A stretch of DNA of 64,000 nt from a virus. Shown here one piece after another: positions 1 to 10,063 of this stretch (positions within the stretch are counted from its first letter, which is position 1; every line of letters begins with the position of its first letter). A program made the translations under genes and the position numbers. The notes under the pieces were generated by a model. The model ran no database searches. It was not told the DNA's origin and was given only the letters and a program-made list of their open reading frames with translations. The stretch lies in IMG/VR virus record IMGVR_UViG_3300021185_001231. One strand, 5' to 3'.

Positions 1-414
1 AGAGTCAACTTGGTCACCACCAAGGATGTCGAAAGACTCTTTGATGCGAGCCATTGCATAAACCATCTTACCACCTTTCAGAGAACCAGCGGTAGACATT
101 TCCATACCACCCTCTAAACAGTACTCATTGAAAAATTCAAAAGCAGTTTCGTTTTGACAAGGTTCCCAATTACCGCCCACTTGGGTTAGGACCTTATTGT
201 CGGAAGATCGAACGAGAGCTTCTTTACCAGTAGGTATAAGGTCTACACCGTCCTTTGCGGCAAAAGTAGGACATTTTTCTACGGTCCAATTAGTTCCGGA
301 CTTCTCCATCATTTGTTGTGGAGACAAGTCATTAGAGACTTGAGTTCCAATACCCCAAGGACACTTACCCACAGTCGCAGAGGTTTCTATTTGTAGTACA
401 TCGTTCATGCTCAT
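1..414 (-). CDS. DUF932/DUF945-family phage protein (5' part; runs off the window)
   Basis: Manual translation MSMNDVLQIETSATVGKCPWGIGTQVSNDLSPQQMMEKSGTNWTVEK...ALVRSSDNKVLTQVGGNWEPCQNETAFEFF...AGSLKGGKMVYAMA resembles the DUF932 family; sigma70 promoter directly upstream. Confidence 0.7.
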   Translation of the reverse strand, partial: MSMNDVLQIETSATVGKCPWGIGTQVSNDLSPQQMMEKSGTNWTVEKCPTFAAKDGVDLIPTGKEALVRSSDNKVLTQVGGNWEPCQNETAFEFFNEYCLEGGMEMSTAGSLKGGKMVYAMARIKESFDILGGDQVDS

Positions 415-452
415 AATATAATCCTATATGCTTTCTCAGTTTTAATACAAGT

Positions 453-481
453 ATTATAACACAGAGGAATAGTTTTGTCAA
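453..481 (-). promoter_or_regulatory. sigma70-type early promoter
   Basis: Minus strand TTGACA-17 nt-TATAAT, perfect consensus. Confidence 0.85.
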
Positions 482-500
482 CACTTATTTTAAAAATAAT

Positions 501-1631
501 TTAACGAATTATATCAATATCTTCAGCATTAACATTCCAAGTCTCAACTTGGTGACGTAGTCTGTTATCCGACCTAAGATTCTCGTATCGTTTGGAAGCT
601 TTCTTTCTCCACCATTCGATGACATTCTCAAGTTCGAATCTATCAAAGTTCTCTTTCTTTATTAATGTATCAGTTTCACCATTAAGATATTGCGGAACAT
701 TATCATAACCGTAAGTAGAATAGAAAGAACGTTTCCTTTCTGTTAATCCTTTAGCATCTAGGAAGGTCTGACAGAACTTCGCATAGGCATCTTCATCACA
801 TGACTTGAGAGAGGATTTGATAATAGATACCATTTTACTTTGGGTTTTCAACTTTCGAGAACTGGCGTCAGCTGGAACCAAATAGTCACCGTCATTGCGT
901 TCCTTGAACCAATCGTTTAGTCTTCGGAAGTTATCATCATTTATGAGCGGAGCGAAGTTAGAGTCTGTCAGACCGTTAAATCGTAACAATGGTTTCATTC
1001 CGTCATACATAGAAGATGACTTAGACGAACCATAGAGTGATGTTGTCTCAAACATACAGATATTCGAGTTGTACTTCTTATTGAGAGTTTCTCTTACTGT
1101 ATGTGAACAACAGATAGCGGCAAGAAGTTTTCCGCCAAGATAATTAAAACCAAATGGTTGTGTAGGCACAATATTAAAACCCATGATAACAGAATCATTG
1201 AATCTCTTCATTGTAGCTGGGTCTAGAGTATTGAGAGGTTTACCTAACCACTCATTTCTAGGACGAGAATTTATTGTAGGAGAACCGAAACGAATCATGC
1301 CCATAACCATTCCGGAATTTTTCTCTTTGACCAACCACAGCATTTGTTTGCCTGGGATGCTCTTCTCAACCGGAGCTGAAGTCGTTATTTCCATGTAGGA
1401 CATAAACTGATCCTGTTTACATGGCATTACCACAAATTCCATATCTTTAGGGTGCATATCGAATTTATCAAATAAATCGTTTTCTGGGCCCATGCCGGGC
1501 AAAGAATAAGGAAATGTTTCCATTCTTTCCATTTTTATTTGACGCATATAATCATCAATACGATTAAAGGTATCAAAGAAATTCTCGAATATATTTGCTG
1601 CATGGTAAGCATCAGTCTTGTTTAGAATCAT
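501..1631 (-). CDS. DUF4338/DruA-like protein
   Basis: Motifs FNYLGGKLLA and FETTSLYG..SSMY resemble the DUF4338 (Druantia DruA) core; recognised from memory. Confidence 0.55.
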   Translation of the reverse strand: MILNKTDAYHAANIFENFFDTFNRIDDYMRQIKMERMETFPYSLPGMGPENDLFDKFDMHPKDMEFVVMPCKQDQFMSYMEITTSAPVEKSIPGKQMLWLVKEKNSGMVMGMIRFGSPTINSRPRNEWLGKPLNTLDPATMKRFNDSVIMGFNIVPTQPFGFNYLGGKLLAAICCSHTVRETLNKKYNSNICMFETTSLYGSSKSSSMYDGMKPLLRFNGLTDSNFAPLINDDNFRRLNDWFKERNDGDYLVPADASSRKLKTQSKMVSIIKSSLKSCDEDAYAKFCQTFLDAKGLTERKRSFYSTYGYDNVPQYLNGETDTLIKKENFDRFELENVIEWWRKKASKRYENLRSDNRLRHQVETWNVNAEDIDIIR

Positions 1632-1659
1632 AATAATAAAACCTAATAATATAACGTGT

Positions 1660-1688
1660 ATTATACACTAATCAAAAGAAAAAGTCAA
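1660..1688 (-). promoter_or_regulatory. sigma70-type promoter
   Basis: TTGACT-17-TATAAT with upstream TAGTG extension. Confidence 0.75.
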
Positions 1689-1695
1689 GGAGTTT

Positions 1696-1857
1696 TTAAT
1701 GGTCTTCATCGCTGTCATATTCAACATCGATTATTCCTTGAGACTCAAAAAAACTCAGTGTAGATTTTATACCTTGTTGATTTCCATAGTACCTACCTGT
1801 ATAATATGATATAGCCATTAAGACCAAACAAGTTAGTGTAAATTCGTAACTAGTCAT
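1696..1857 (-). CDS. small hypothetical membrane protein (53 aa, not in ORF track)
   Basis: MTSYEFTLTCLVLMAISYYTGRYYGNQQGIKSTLSFFESQGIIDVEYDSDEDH; AAGGA RBS just after the gp41 stop; N-terminal hydrophobic stretch. Confidence 0.6.
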   Translation of the reverse strand: MTSYEFTLTCLVLMAISYYTGRYYGNQQGIKSTLSFFESQGIIDVEYDSDEDH

Positions 1858-1867
1858 AAAACTTTCC

Positions 1868-3277
1868 TTACATTTTAAAGTTTGAGAAATTTCCCTTCTC
1901 TGATTTTATTCTTTGTCCAGAAGCACTATTGTCGAAAACTGGACCTGTATCTTCTTCAGGTTTGTTTAATACACAAAGACTCTCATCAACATCGTGAAGT
2001 CGCATCTTAGATCTTTCTACACCTATAGTAAATCTTTGATTGACACTTGGATCATTATATCTGTTTTTTAATTGTTTGACCAATATTTGATTGTTGTTTG
2101 CAAGTTCATCATTTGATATGAGAGCAAACATTAAGTCAGCTGTCGCAGGCAGTCCAAATGATTCAGAAGTATCTTCAAGACCGACATCATCATTACTATA
2201 ACCTGATCTTGTAGTCTGAGTCGCAGACATTATTGGTAAGTTAAATTCTACCGCAAGACCTCTCATCTCTTCTGCAATAGACTTTATGTAAGTATAGGAG
2301 TTAATCGAACCTCCCATAGACTTCATTCGAGCAGAGGCACAAATATTCAGATAGTCAATATAAATAAGTTCCGGTACAAAATTCTTCTTAAGTTTCAACT
2401 CATTTAATAATGCACGAAAATGTGAAGTGTTTGCTTGACCAGTCGGGTATTCTTTAATAATAAGTTTACCTTGAGTCTTATCCGCAATTGACTTCACTCT
2501 ATCCTTAAACTTATCCTCTTGCATATACTCAAGAGAACCTATATCAACATTCAGAAGGTTCGCATCAATACGTTCTGCGATACGTTCTTCCGCCATTTCC
2601 ATAGTGATATATAGGACATTACGACCCTGTGATAAAGCGGAAGCTGCACAATGACACATGAATAAAGATTTACCAACACCAGTTCCAGCGAGAGCAATAT
2701 TCAAAGTCTTATTGGGAAGTCCACCCTTAGTAATACGATTAAAGTAATCTAGATCAAAAGGAATGCGTTCCTCTTGTCTATGGTAAAACTCAAATCTTTC
2801 GTCTATGTTCTCTAAGTAATCGTGACCAACTGCTGTATCGAATGTAACAGCAAGTGCTTTACTAAGTACATCGGGTATAGCATTCTTTGAAAGAGTTTGA
2901 TGTTTTCCATCAATTATCTGAATTGACTCCATGACACTATTAAACACGGCACGATCTTGACACCACTTCTCAGTGGAATCAATCAACCATTCTAAGTTTT
3001 CTTTTTGCGGAGTAAATATATTCGGCAATATTTCTATTGCGTGTCGATACTGTTCGTCGTTTAGTCTGTCGCCAGAATCGATTTCAATTTTGAAAGCTTC
3101 CATACTAGGAAGTTTATTGTATTTAGCAATGAATAACGTGAACTCTTTAAAGAGACCTTTGTAGACCCCCTCAAAGTATTCGGGTTGTAAAAATGCAGCA
3201 ACCTTTCTTGCGTAATCATCATTCGTTAACAGATTCCTCAGAATCGTCTGTTCCAGTGTTATCTCCAACTTCATCAT
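1868..3277 (-). CDS. gp41: DnaB-like replicative helicase (T4 gp41)
   Basis: Walker A AGTGVGKS, YITMEMAEE, IDYLN, SATQTTR, SESFGLPATAD, KQLKNRY. Confidence 0.97.
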   Translation of the reverse strand: MMKLEITLEQTILRNLLTNDDYARKVAAFLQPEYFEGVYKGLFKEFTLFIAKYNKLPSMEAFKIEIDSGDRLNDEQYRHAIEILPNIFTPQKENLEWLIDSTEKWCQDRAVFNSVMESIQIIDGKHQTLSKNAIPDVLSKALAVTFDTAVGHDYLENIDERFEFYHRQEERIPFDLDYFNRITKGGLPNKTLNIALAGTGVGKSLFMCHCAASALSQGRNVLYITMEMAEERIAERIDANLLNVDIGSLEYMQEDKFKDRVKSIADKTQGKLIIKEYPTGQANTSHFRALLNELKLKKNFVPELIYIDYLNICASARMKSMGGSINSYTYIKSIAEEMRGLAVEFNLPIMSATQTTRSGYSNDDVGLEDTSESFGLPATADLMFALISNDELANNNQILVKQLKNRYNDPSVNQRFTIGVERSKMRLHDVDESLCVLNKPEEDTGPVFDNSASGQRIKSEKGNFSNFKM

Positions 3278-3578
3278 CTCCTGTAACTAAGCTACCTTCA
3301 TTATATGCTACCTCAAGAATATTCTCAAGTATTTTTGTGGTCTTGTTTTGTAAATCAACATCTTCAGATGTAAGACCATCAATGGGAGAGGAGACTACCG
3401 AAAAACTAAACTTCAGTCTATCCATCTCTCCGTCAAATTGTATGTTACCATACACAATTACAGTTTCAACAAAATCTCCAGTAAGAATTCTTACGTGCCA
3501 GGCTTGTTGGTTACTTGCTTCACCAACAGGTACTAACTCATAATCTACATTCTCAGTTTGATTAGATTGTTCATTCAT
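3219..3578 (-). CDS. acidic hypothetical protein in the T4 gp40 position
   Basis: Lies between uvsX and gp41 as gp40 does in T4; own promoter upstream; identity not verifiable. Confidence 0.5.
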   Translation of the reverse strand: MNEQSNQTENVDYELVPVGEASNQQAWHVRILTGDFVETVIVYGNIQFDGEMDRLKFSFSVVSSPIDGLTSEDVDLQNKTTKILENILEVAYNEGSLVTGDDEVGDNTGTDDSEESVNE

Positions 3579-3589
3579 AATAATACCCT

Positions 3590-3618
3590 ATTATACACTA
3601 TTCTGGGGGGTTTGTAAA
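3590..3618 (-). promoter_or_regulatory. sigma70-type promoter overlapping a hairpin after uvsX
   Basis: TTTACA-17-TATAAT; GGGGGTTT/AAACCCCC inverted repeat. Confidence 0.7.
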
Positions 3619-3636
3619 CCCCCTTTTAAAAATAAA

Positions 3637-4674
3637 TTATGCTGCTTCATTCTCTACTTCGATATCAAGTTCAACAACACTCTGTAGACCTATTTGATAT
3701 TGTTTCTTTAGGAAGTCTTTGAAGTCAGTTTCTTTAAATATAGGAGACCAGAAGTCTTCTGTGAGAGTAACATCTTTACGAACCTTCTTATCAGTTCCAG
3801 CTCGTTGATACCAACCGTTAGATGGTTTTTCCACATAACCTCCAGCCAATGCCACATCAAGTAGACCCGACCATTTTTCTACACCACCATTCCAAGACAC
3901 ACTGATAGGAATCTTAGAATTTTCTTTGGCGTATCGAGACTTCTCAACTTTAATTACAAAATCATAACCAGTAACTTCTGTACCAGTCTTGTTCTGTCTA
4001 CGACCAATGATCCATACATTGTCTGCACTATACATGATACCAGTACCGCCAGAGACAACATCTTTAGGATAGAGACCGATCTCTTTGTATGTATGGTTAA
4101 TAGCGATCATAGGAATCTTCTTCATATTTAAGTATGGTGTTGCCATACGGAATAAAGACTTGAACGCTTTTGCACGTGACATATCAGCAACAGACTTACC
4201 ATCTCTAGCATCATCTAATTCTTTCTTAGATGCAAGGTTACCGACAGAGTCAATTACTATAATAACATCATCTTTCTCAGTTAAGTTTTCTAACTGATTG
4301 ATTAAGTCAAACTTTAATTCCTCAACATCTTTGATAGGTACGTGTAATACACGAGTAGTGTCTATACCAAACTGATCAAAATAAGACTGAGGAGATCCAA
4401 ACTCAGAATCATAAAAAAGCATCACTGCATCTTTTTTATGTTTAAGGTAAGCACCAGCCATCAATAATGCAAAGGAAGTCTTGAAGTGTTTAGATGGACC
4501 AGCAAGAACCGTAAGGCCTGGCGTTACTCCCCCATCAGTAGAACCAGAGAGTGCTACATTTACCATAGGCACTTCAGTAGGAACCATATCCACTTCAGTA
4601 AAAAACTTACTATCCGCAAGGGTAGAACTATCTTTTACTCTAGACTGTTTTTTCAATTTATCCATTAAATTCAT
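3637..4674 (-). CDS. uvsX: RecA-like recombinase UvsX
   Basis: AGPSKHFKT P-loop, FYDSEFG, IDSVGNLASKKE, SGGTG. Confidence 0.97.
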   Translation of the reverse strand: MNLMDKLKKQSRVKDSSTLADSKFFTEVDMVPTEVPMVNVALSGSTDGGVTPGLTVLAGPSKHFKTSFALLMAGAYLKHKKDAVMLFYDSEFGSPQSYFDQFGIDTTRVLHVPIKDVEELKFDLINQLENLTEKDDVIIVIDSVGNLASKKELDDARDGKSVADMSRAKAFKSLFRMATPYLNMKKIPMIAINHTYKEIGLYPKDVVSGGTGIMYSADNVWIIGRRQNKTGTEVTGYDFVIKVEKSRYAKENSKIPISVSWNGGVEKWSGLLDVALAGGYVEKPSNGWYQRAGTDKKVRKDVTLTEDFWSPIFKETDFKDFLKKQYQIGLQSVVELDIEVENEAA

Positions 4675-5582
4675 TCTTTATCTTCTCCAAAATTCACAAA
4701 TGTAATATTATTAACTCTTTCACGATCATCTAACTCATAGTCCTTTCGGTAACGAGTGTTGATATCTAGAATTCTTTCTAGAATATCCATTGATACTATG
4801 TTCCCATCTTCATCAGTCTGTTCAGAAAACTTTAAGAGAGCATTAGTATCTTTCGGCAAACATGCGCCACCGAAACCACGTTTCTTATCGAAGCCCGGCA
4901 CACGTGTATGACCGATTCCGACTCTGGGATCTAATCCCACAGTACGTGATATAATATTGTAACTGCAACCATACATATTAATCAAATCATAAATCTGATT
5001 AAAGAATGTAACCTTAGTCGCTAGGTACGAATTGATTGTATACTTTACAAAGGAAGCTTCAAATGCTGTCATATAGTGGTAGTCATTAGATGCACATCCA
5101 CTAAATATATCATAAATTTCACTTAGTTCACGAGTTGCAGATTCTGATCCACCCATGACATGATAGTCAGCATTGACAAAGTCCGCCTTGGCATTAGACT
5201 CTGTAAGAAACTCTGGGTTATAAACAAAACGATCCGTATCCTTAAGATCCATAGAACTATAAATCTTATCAATTATATCGGGAGTTACTGTCGATTTAAC
5301 AACAACTAATGCTTTAGTATGGATAAGAGATTTTTGTACTGCATCAATAACAATAGTAGCATCAACCTTACCATCTTCGCCTTGTGGTGTTGGTGCGCAT
5401 ACGAATACGAGATGAGGAGAAAACTCTTTCAAGTCATCAATGGAAGTATTATATTTTGGGTCTACAGCATAAGACTTCACCAAAGGATGGGTGAATGCAT
5501 ATTCTACAGCCTGTCCAACAAACCCATGACCTACTATAGCAAGTCGGAATTGGTTATTAGGACTCAATGGTTCATTATTCAT
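4671..5582 (-). CDS. ugd: UDP-glucose/GDP-mannose 6-dehydrogenase family (short form)
   Basis: GHGFVG Rossmann motif, VCAPTP, KSTV, NPEFL, GFGGACLPKD catalytic Cys motif; appears to lack the C-terminal domain. Confidence 0.88.
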   Translation of the reverse strand: MNNEPLSPNNQFRLAIVGHGFVGQAVEYAFTHPLVKSYAVDPKYNTSIDDLKEFSPHLVFVCAPTPQGEDGKVDATIVIDAVQKSLIHTKALVVVKSTVTPDIIDKIYSSMDLKDTDRFVYNPEFLTESNAKADFVNADYHVMGGSESATRELSEIYDIFSGCASNDYHYMTAFEASFVKYTINSYLATKVTFFNQIYDLINMYGCSYNIISRTVGLDPRVGIGHTRVPGFDKKRGFGGACLPKDTNALLKFSEQTDEDGNIVSMDILERILDINTRYRKDYELDDRERVNNITFVNFGEDKE

Positions 5583-6529
5583 TATTTAACCTTATGGTAA
5601 TCTTTGTACCACGCATAAAAGTTTTTAATACCGTCTTCGATATTAGTTTTAGGGACGTAACCCAATCCCTCCAGTTTAGTCGTATTAGACCAAGTCTCTA
5701 AAGAATCTGCTGGATGTCTAGGAACCAAATCAATTATGGCATCTATACCACAGTTCTTTTCAATCTCCCTTACAAAATGCATAAGGTCAACTTGTTTGCC
5801 ACGACCAATATTAAAGATTTCACTATTCCCAATTTCATTATTGTGAATAACGATTTCAATACCATCTAAGATATCTTCAACGTATGTGAAGTCTCTTTTC
5901 ATATTACCATAATTATACACTTTTATTTCGTTTTTGTCAAGTATATTTTTAGTAAAATCAAACAAAGCCATATCGGGTCTTCCCCAAGGGCCATATACAG
6001 TAAAGAATCTAAGTCCTGTATTATTCAGTCCAGATATCTCAAACTGAATTTCGTTGATGTATTTGGTATAAGTGTAGGCGTTTAACTGTTTTCCGAGTAT
6101 CTGATTTTCTTTCCATCCATCTTCAGGTATCTCGGTTCCACCAAACACACCAGAAGTTGATGCATAAATGACTCTAACATCAGGAACAACTTCCTTACAC
6201 ATTTCAATAAGGTTTTGTGTACCGTCAATGTTGTTTGCATGGTATTCAGATTCCTTTCCGAAAGAATCTCTAACTCCAGCATGTGCCGCAAGGTGAACTA
6301 TAGTATCAGGTCTAAAGTCACCCAATACAATTCTTAATCCATCCCTATCTCTCAGATCACATTCAGAAACATCTAATCCAAAATGATTTACTCTATCTCT
6401 TTTCAGTTCTGGTTCATAAAGATGATTGTTGTAGTTATCTAAACCACGAACATCATGTCCACTATTCCTTAACCTATTTGTTAATTGTGAACCGATAAAT
6501 CCTGCGGCTCCAGTTACTAATATTTTCAT
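5582..6529 (-). CDS. NAD-dependent nucleotide-sugar epimerase (UDP-glucuronate 4-epimerase-like)
   Basis: TGAAGFIG, HLAAHAGVR, YxxxK (YTYTK), LRFFTVYGPWGRPDMA, RDFTY. Confidence 0.9.
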   Translation of the reverse strand: MKILVTGAAGFIGSQLTNRLRNSGHDVRGLDNYNNHLYEPELKRDRVNHFGLDVSECDLRDRDGLRIVLGDFRPDTIVHLAAHAGVRDSFGKESEYHANNIDGTQNLIEMCKEVVPDVRVIYASTSGVFGGTEIPEDGWKENQILGKQLNAYTYTKYINEIQFEISGLNNTGLRFFTVYGPWGRPDMALFDFTKNILDKNEIKVYNYGNMKRDFTYVEDILDGIEIVIHNNEIGNSEIFNIGRGKQVDLMHFVREIEKNCGIDAIIDLVPRHPADSLETWSNTTKLEGLGYVPKTNIEDGIKNFYAWYKDYHKVK

Positions 6530-7473
6530 TAACCTTTCCTATAAACGTATTCTAGCGCTCTATCGGCTTCTACGATAATTGGACGATTCTCATACCAATT
6601 GCCATTACAAGCGTCAAACTCTTTACACAATTCAGCAATCTGAATTGCAGTTATTGGGTATCCTTTCTTTATAGCGTTTCCAGCTATCGCTATCATTATC
6701 TGGTACATTTTTGCGTACCATCCAGTTCCAGTTATAGTTTGATATTCCATCGCCATTCTTTTTGGAAAGAATGGACAATCTCTAAAACCCGTCCATCGAT
6801 ACTCAGTATTATTTAGACTATTCTTACGATGTTCTATGACCGCACTTTGCATTTGTGGTGGTAATCTATCAAGAAAAGAATTTCCGGTCTTCTGAACATA
6901 AGGATGTTTAGAGATAAGTTCGGAAGTGTTTAATGCCTTACCAGATGTATTATGAAAAATAAAACCATAGGCGTCAGGATAATCAGCTGGTACATAATAC
7001 ATACGCGCCAAGTCTTTAGTTTGCGGATCTCCCATTTCCCCCAGTTCGGTATTGAGGGCGTGCCAGAACGCTTTGATATTATCTCTCTGTATCTGTTCAT
7101 CAATCCTAAATACAATACGAAATTTAAGATAATCCATGCGACTAGAAGCAGTGCTATAAACCACATAATCGACATCTCCCAGTTGTTCAGAAAGTTGTTC
7201 ATTTAGAGTGTCCACACTGTTAGAAAACCTATGAGTATCAACATCAACAGCACACCAACCACCCCAATATAAAGTATTGTCATTAGAACGCGTACTATCG
7301 GTTTTAAAAACAGCAGGACTAATAAGAGGACTAGAATTATTTCCACCTTTCTTTCCTTTTTGTTTGATCAATCCATAAAGTTCTTGGACGAACTTATCCC
7401 AAGTATCGTAAGAAACTTTTCTATGAGTCTTGTTATCAAACTGATTTTTGAATATAGTTAATTCGTAATTCAT
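6529..7473 (-). CDS. AEP-superfamily primase-polymerase-like protein
   Basis: DxD (VDVD), YSTASS...KFRIVF, D..TKDLARMYYVP motifs, with a helical C-terminal domain. Confidence 0.6.
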   Translation of the reverse strand: MNYELTIFKNQFDNKTHRKVSYDTWDKFVQELYGLIKQKGKKGGNNSSPLISPAVFKTDSTRSNDNTLYWGGWCAVDVDTHRFSNSVDTLNEQLSEQLGDVDYVVYSTASSRMDYLKFRIVFRIDEQIQRDNIKAFWHALNTELGEMGDPQTKDLARMYYVPADYPDAYGFIFHNTSGKALNTSELISKHPYVQKTGNSFLDRLPPQMQSAVIEHRKNSLNNTEYRWTGFRDCPFFPKRMAMEYQTITGTGWYAKMYQIMIAIAGNAIKKGYPITAIQIAELCKEFDACNGNWYENRPIIVEADRALEYVYRKG

Positions 7474-7479
7474 AGTGGT

Positions 7480-7508
7480 ATTATAACATACTTAGGAGTA
7501 TTTGTCAA
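7480..7508 (-). promoter_or_regulatory. sigma70-type promoter (near-leaderless transcript)
   Basis: TTGACA-17-TATAAT ending 6 nt before the ATG at 7473. Confidence 0.8.
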
Positions 7509-10003
7509 CAGAAGAAATCCTCAAGTGATGCGCGAGGTTCAGCTGACCAGTCAACTGCCTCTAGTATAGGTAACAATGGATCGAGGAAAGTCTTATCAAA
7601 CATCTTATCATAGTCGATGTACTTATGTAGATTGACCTCGGGCGGTAAGAACTGAGGATAAGATACTACGTTCTCACTGATAGGATTAGGCATCTTAAGA
7701 TAACAAAACTTGATCTTCTCACCATTCTTAATATATTCATATCTTTTATCGAGGGAAAGTTTTTTAATCTGATCATTGTACAACAAACTACCACGAACAT
7801 GTATGGGAGTACCTTTTGAGTATATACTCTTGGCATCTCTCCACTTCTTAAGATCAGAAACAGACCGAGGGAAGGATACCGACTCTGGGGGAAGAGTACG
7901 AAAATCTGTGCGGAAGTTTCTTATAAAACTTTGAGTATCACTCTCACTACCATTTATAATAACGTGGAAGATTTCCTTGAACTTATCCCTGACCGTCATA
8001 GGAGTACTAGACTTGATTGCCTCGATACCCATCATCTTTAGTTTAGGTTCTGCGTACTGGACACCCTCATTATTATGTACGTTGAGGATGTATCGTTTCT
8101 TGGCTACCCAGATACCCTTGTCCGCGATTACCTCACGACCCATCTCCATTCGGTTTTCATACGCGCCAGTCATGTCAGCCATCTCCTGATACGACTTAGT
8201 CAGAACAGGTTCAAAATGATCCTTACAAATGTTATCTAAAAACTTAACAGGATTCTTGGGAGAGAACTTTTCGACCAAGGATTCCATTCGGATATATACT
8301 GAGTCGGTATCGATCGCAACAACATAGTCTTCCTCCGTCTTAAGAAGTTTTTGCATCTCGTCGTTGACGGTTCTTTCTGCCCACTTAATGGCTAACTGTC
8401 CAGCCATAGTAATAGACTCCGCAACACGTTGATCGAAATATCTGAACCATCGGTTACCCAAAGCACCATAAAGTGAGTTCATAAGAATCTTGATTGCCAT
8501 TTGTTGGTTATCAAGTTGGGATATCTTATTCTTAAGCGAAGGGTCTTTGGTATTCTCAAACTCTTGTTGGGTCTTCAACATCTCCTTCTTAATAACTTTA
8601 CGATCATTATAATAACGAGTAATAATCTCTGGGACAATACCCTTTCGATCATGAGAGAATCTGACTCCGGTGGGAGCGATAGAGTGACAGAGTTTTGTAT
8701 AATCAAAGTCATCCTTAAACAAATTACCTTCTAGTATTTTCTCTACCGATACATCGGGGACAATACCATCAAGGACAGTTTCGGGGGACATATTATATTG
8801 AACGATCAGATTGGGATAGAGTGAGTTCAAGTCAAATGAAGTTACCCAGTTATGTTGACCAACTTGAGGTTCCTTAACATATCCGCCGGGATATGGGGTC
8901 TTAGACTTCTCTATCTTGGGAGGACATGCAATCTTGGATTGGTTCAACATACGATAGATAATGACATCCCATATAGTGGTCGTACCTAGGGTGTCGGAAT
9001 AGTTAACTCCAGCTCGGTAGGCCATTGTCATAACCAAATCAATAAGGCCGAGAACTTCATCAATGCGAAGTACGAGTTCGGTATCTTTAATGTTGTAGTC
9101 AATATATTTTTGTGGGTCTTCGATATATAGATTATGCAGACTTCCGTGTTCCTCATAGGACAACTTACGTTCTCCAAGAACAACATTTGCGATGTGATCC
9201 AGTCTATAGGATTCTTGTTGACCTAATGTATTGTAAGTAAATTTACGGAATAGATCAAAGTAATCTAGTTGCGCCACACCCATAATATCAAATGTGTCAG
9301 CTTCGTCCATACCAAATTTATTGACTCGACCCTTCTTAAGTCTGACCACACCCCAAGGAGAAAATTTCCTAGACTCTTCCTCACCGAACAAACGCATGGT
9401 CCTATTAATAAGATAGGTCATATCAAAAGAAGTACTGTTCCATCCAGTGATGATATCGGGGGTCCACTCTTTCCAGTGTTCAATAAACTTGGTCATCAAC
9501 TCAGCTTCAGTCTCACACTTAACATAAAGAACATCGTCTCTAGTATTCTCATAATCAATACAAGACCAGACCCGACGAATTCCATCTCTCTGAATTATCG
9601 TGATAGCAGTGACAGGATGTTGCGCTAATGTTGGTTCGGGGAAACCTTCCTCAGAGTGAACCTCAATATCTATGTAGGTTACCTCAACATCTTTGGAATC
9701 GAAGTTTATGTTGTTGGGAAACTTTTCAGAAATATATTGGTAAATAAAGTTGTTCATACCATAGACTCGGAAATTTTCTACGTTGTCATAACGTTTTATA
9801 AAGTCTGAGGCTTCCTTCATAGAATCTAACTGGATGGGTTCTAGATTAATTTGATCTAGTCCTTTCCAAGGAGTCTTTTGTTTTGGGGTAGGAATGAAAA
9901 GTGTGGGTTGAAAAGGAACGCGTTTTTTTACACGAACGCCGTCTTTATACCCACGGTAGAGGATGTTATTACCGTAACGAGTTACTGATGTATAAAATTC
10001 CAT
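7505..10003 (-). CDS. gp43: family B DNA polymerase (T4 gp43)
   Basis: Exo DIE and GWN..FD, polymerase DLNSLYP, K..MNSLYG, DTDS, KKRY motifs. Confidence 0.98.
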   Translation of the reverse strand: MEFYTSVTRYGNNILYRGYKDGVRVKKRVPFQPTLFIPTPKQKTPWKGLDQINLEPIQLDSMKEASDFIKRYDNVENFRVYGMNNFIYQYISEKFPNNINFDSKDVEVTYIDIEVHSEEGFPEPTLAQHPVTAITIIQRDGIRRVWSCIDYENTRDDVLYVKCETEAELMTKFIEHWKEWTPDIITGWNSTSFDMTYLINRTMRLFGEEESRKFSPWGVVRLKKGRVNKFGMDEADTFDIMGVAQLDYFDLFRKFTYNTLGQQESYRLDHIANVVLGERKLSYEEHGSLHNLYIEDPQKYIDYNIKDTELVLRIDEVLGLIDLVMTMAYRAGVNYSDTLGTTTIWDVIIYRMLNQSKIACPPKIEKSKTPYPGGYVKEPQVGQHNWVTSFDLNSLYPNLIVQYNMSPETVLDGIVPDVSVEKILEGNLFKDDFDYTKLCHSIAPTGVRFSHDRKGIVPEIITRYYNDRKVIKKEMLKTQQEFENTKDPSLKNKISQLDNQQMAIKILMNSLYGALGNRWFRYFDQRVAESITMAGQLAIKWAERTVNDEMQKLLKTEEDYVVAIDTDSVYIRMESLVEKFSPKNPVKFLDNICKDHFEPVLTKSYQEMADMTGAYENRMEMGREVIADKGIWVAKKRYILNVHNNEGVQYAEPKLKMMGIEAIKSSTPMTVRDKFKEIFHVIINGSESDTQSFIRNFRTDFRTLPPESVSFPRSVSDLKKWRDAKSIYSKGTPIHVRGSLLYNDQIKKLSLDKRYEYIKNGEKIKFCYLKMPNPISENVVSYPQFLPPEVNLHKYIDYDKMFDKTFLDPLLPILEAVDWSAEPRASLEDFFC

Positions 10004-10028
10004 AAAGTCTCCATAATATATAACAGGT

Positions 10029-10057
10029 ATTATACACTATTCAGCATGGAATGTAAA
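10029..10057 (-). promoter_or_regulatory. sigma70-type promoter for gp43
   Basis: TTTACA-17-TATAAT with TAGTG extension. Confidence 0.75.
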
Positions 10058-10063
10058 GTCTTT

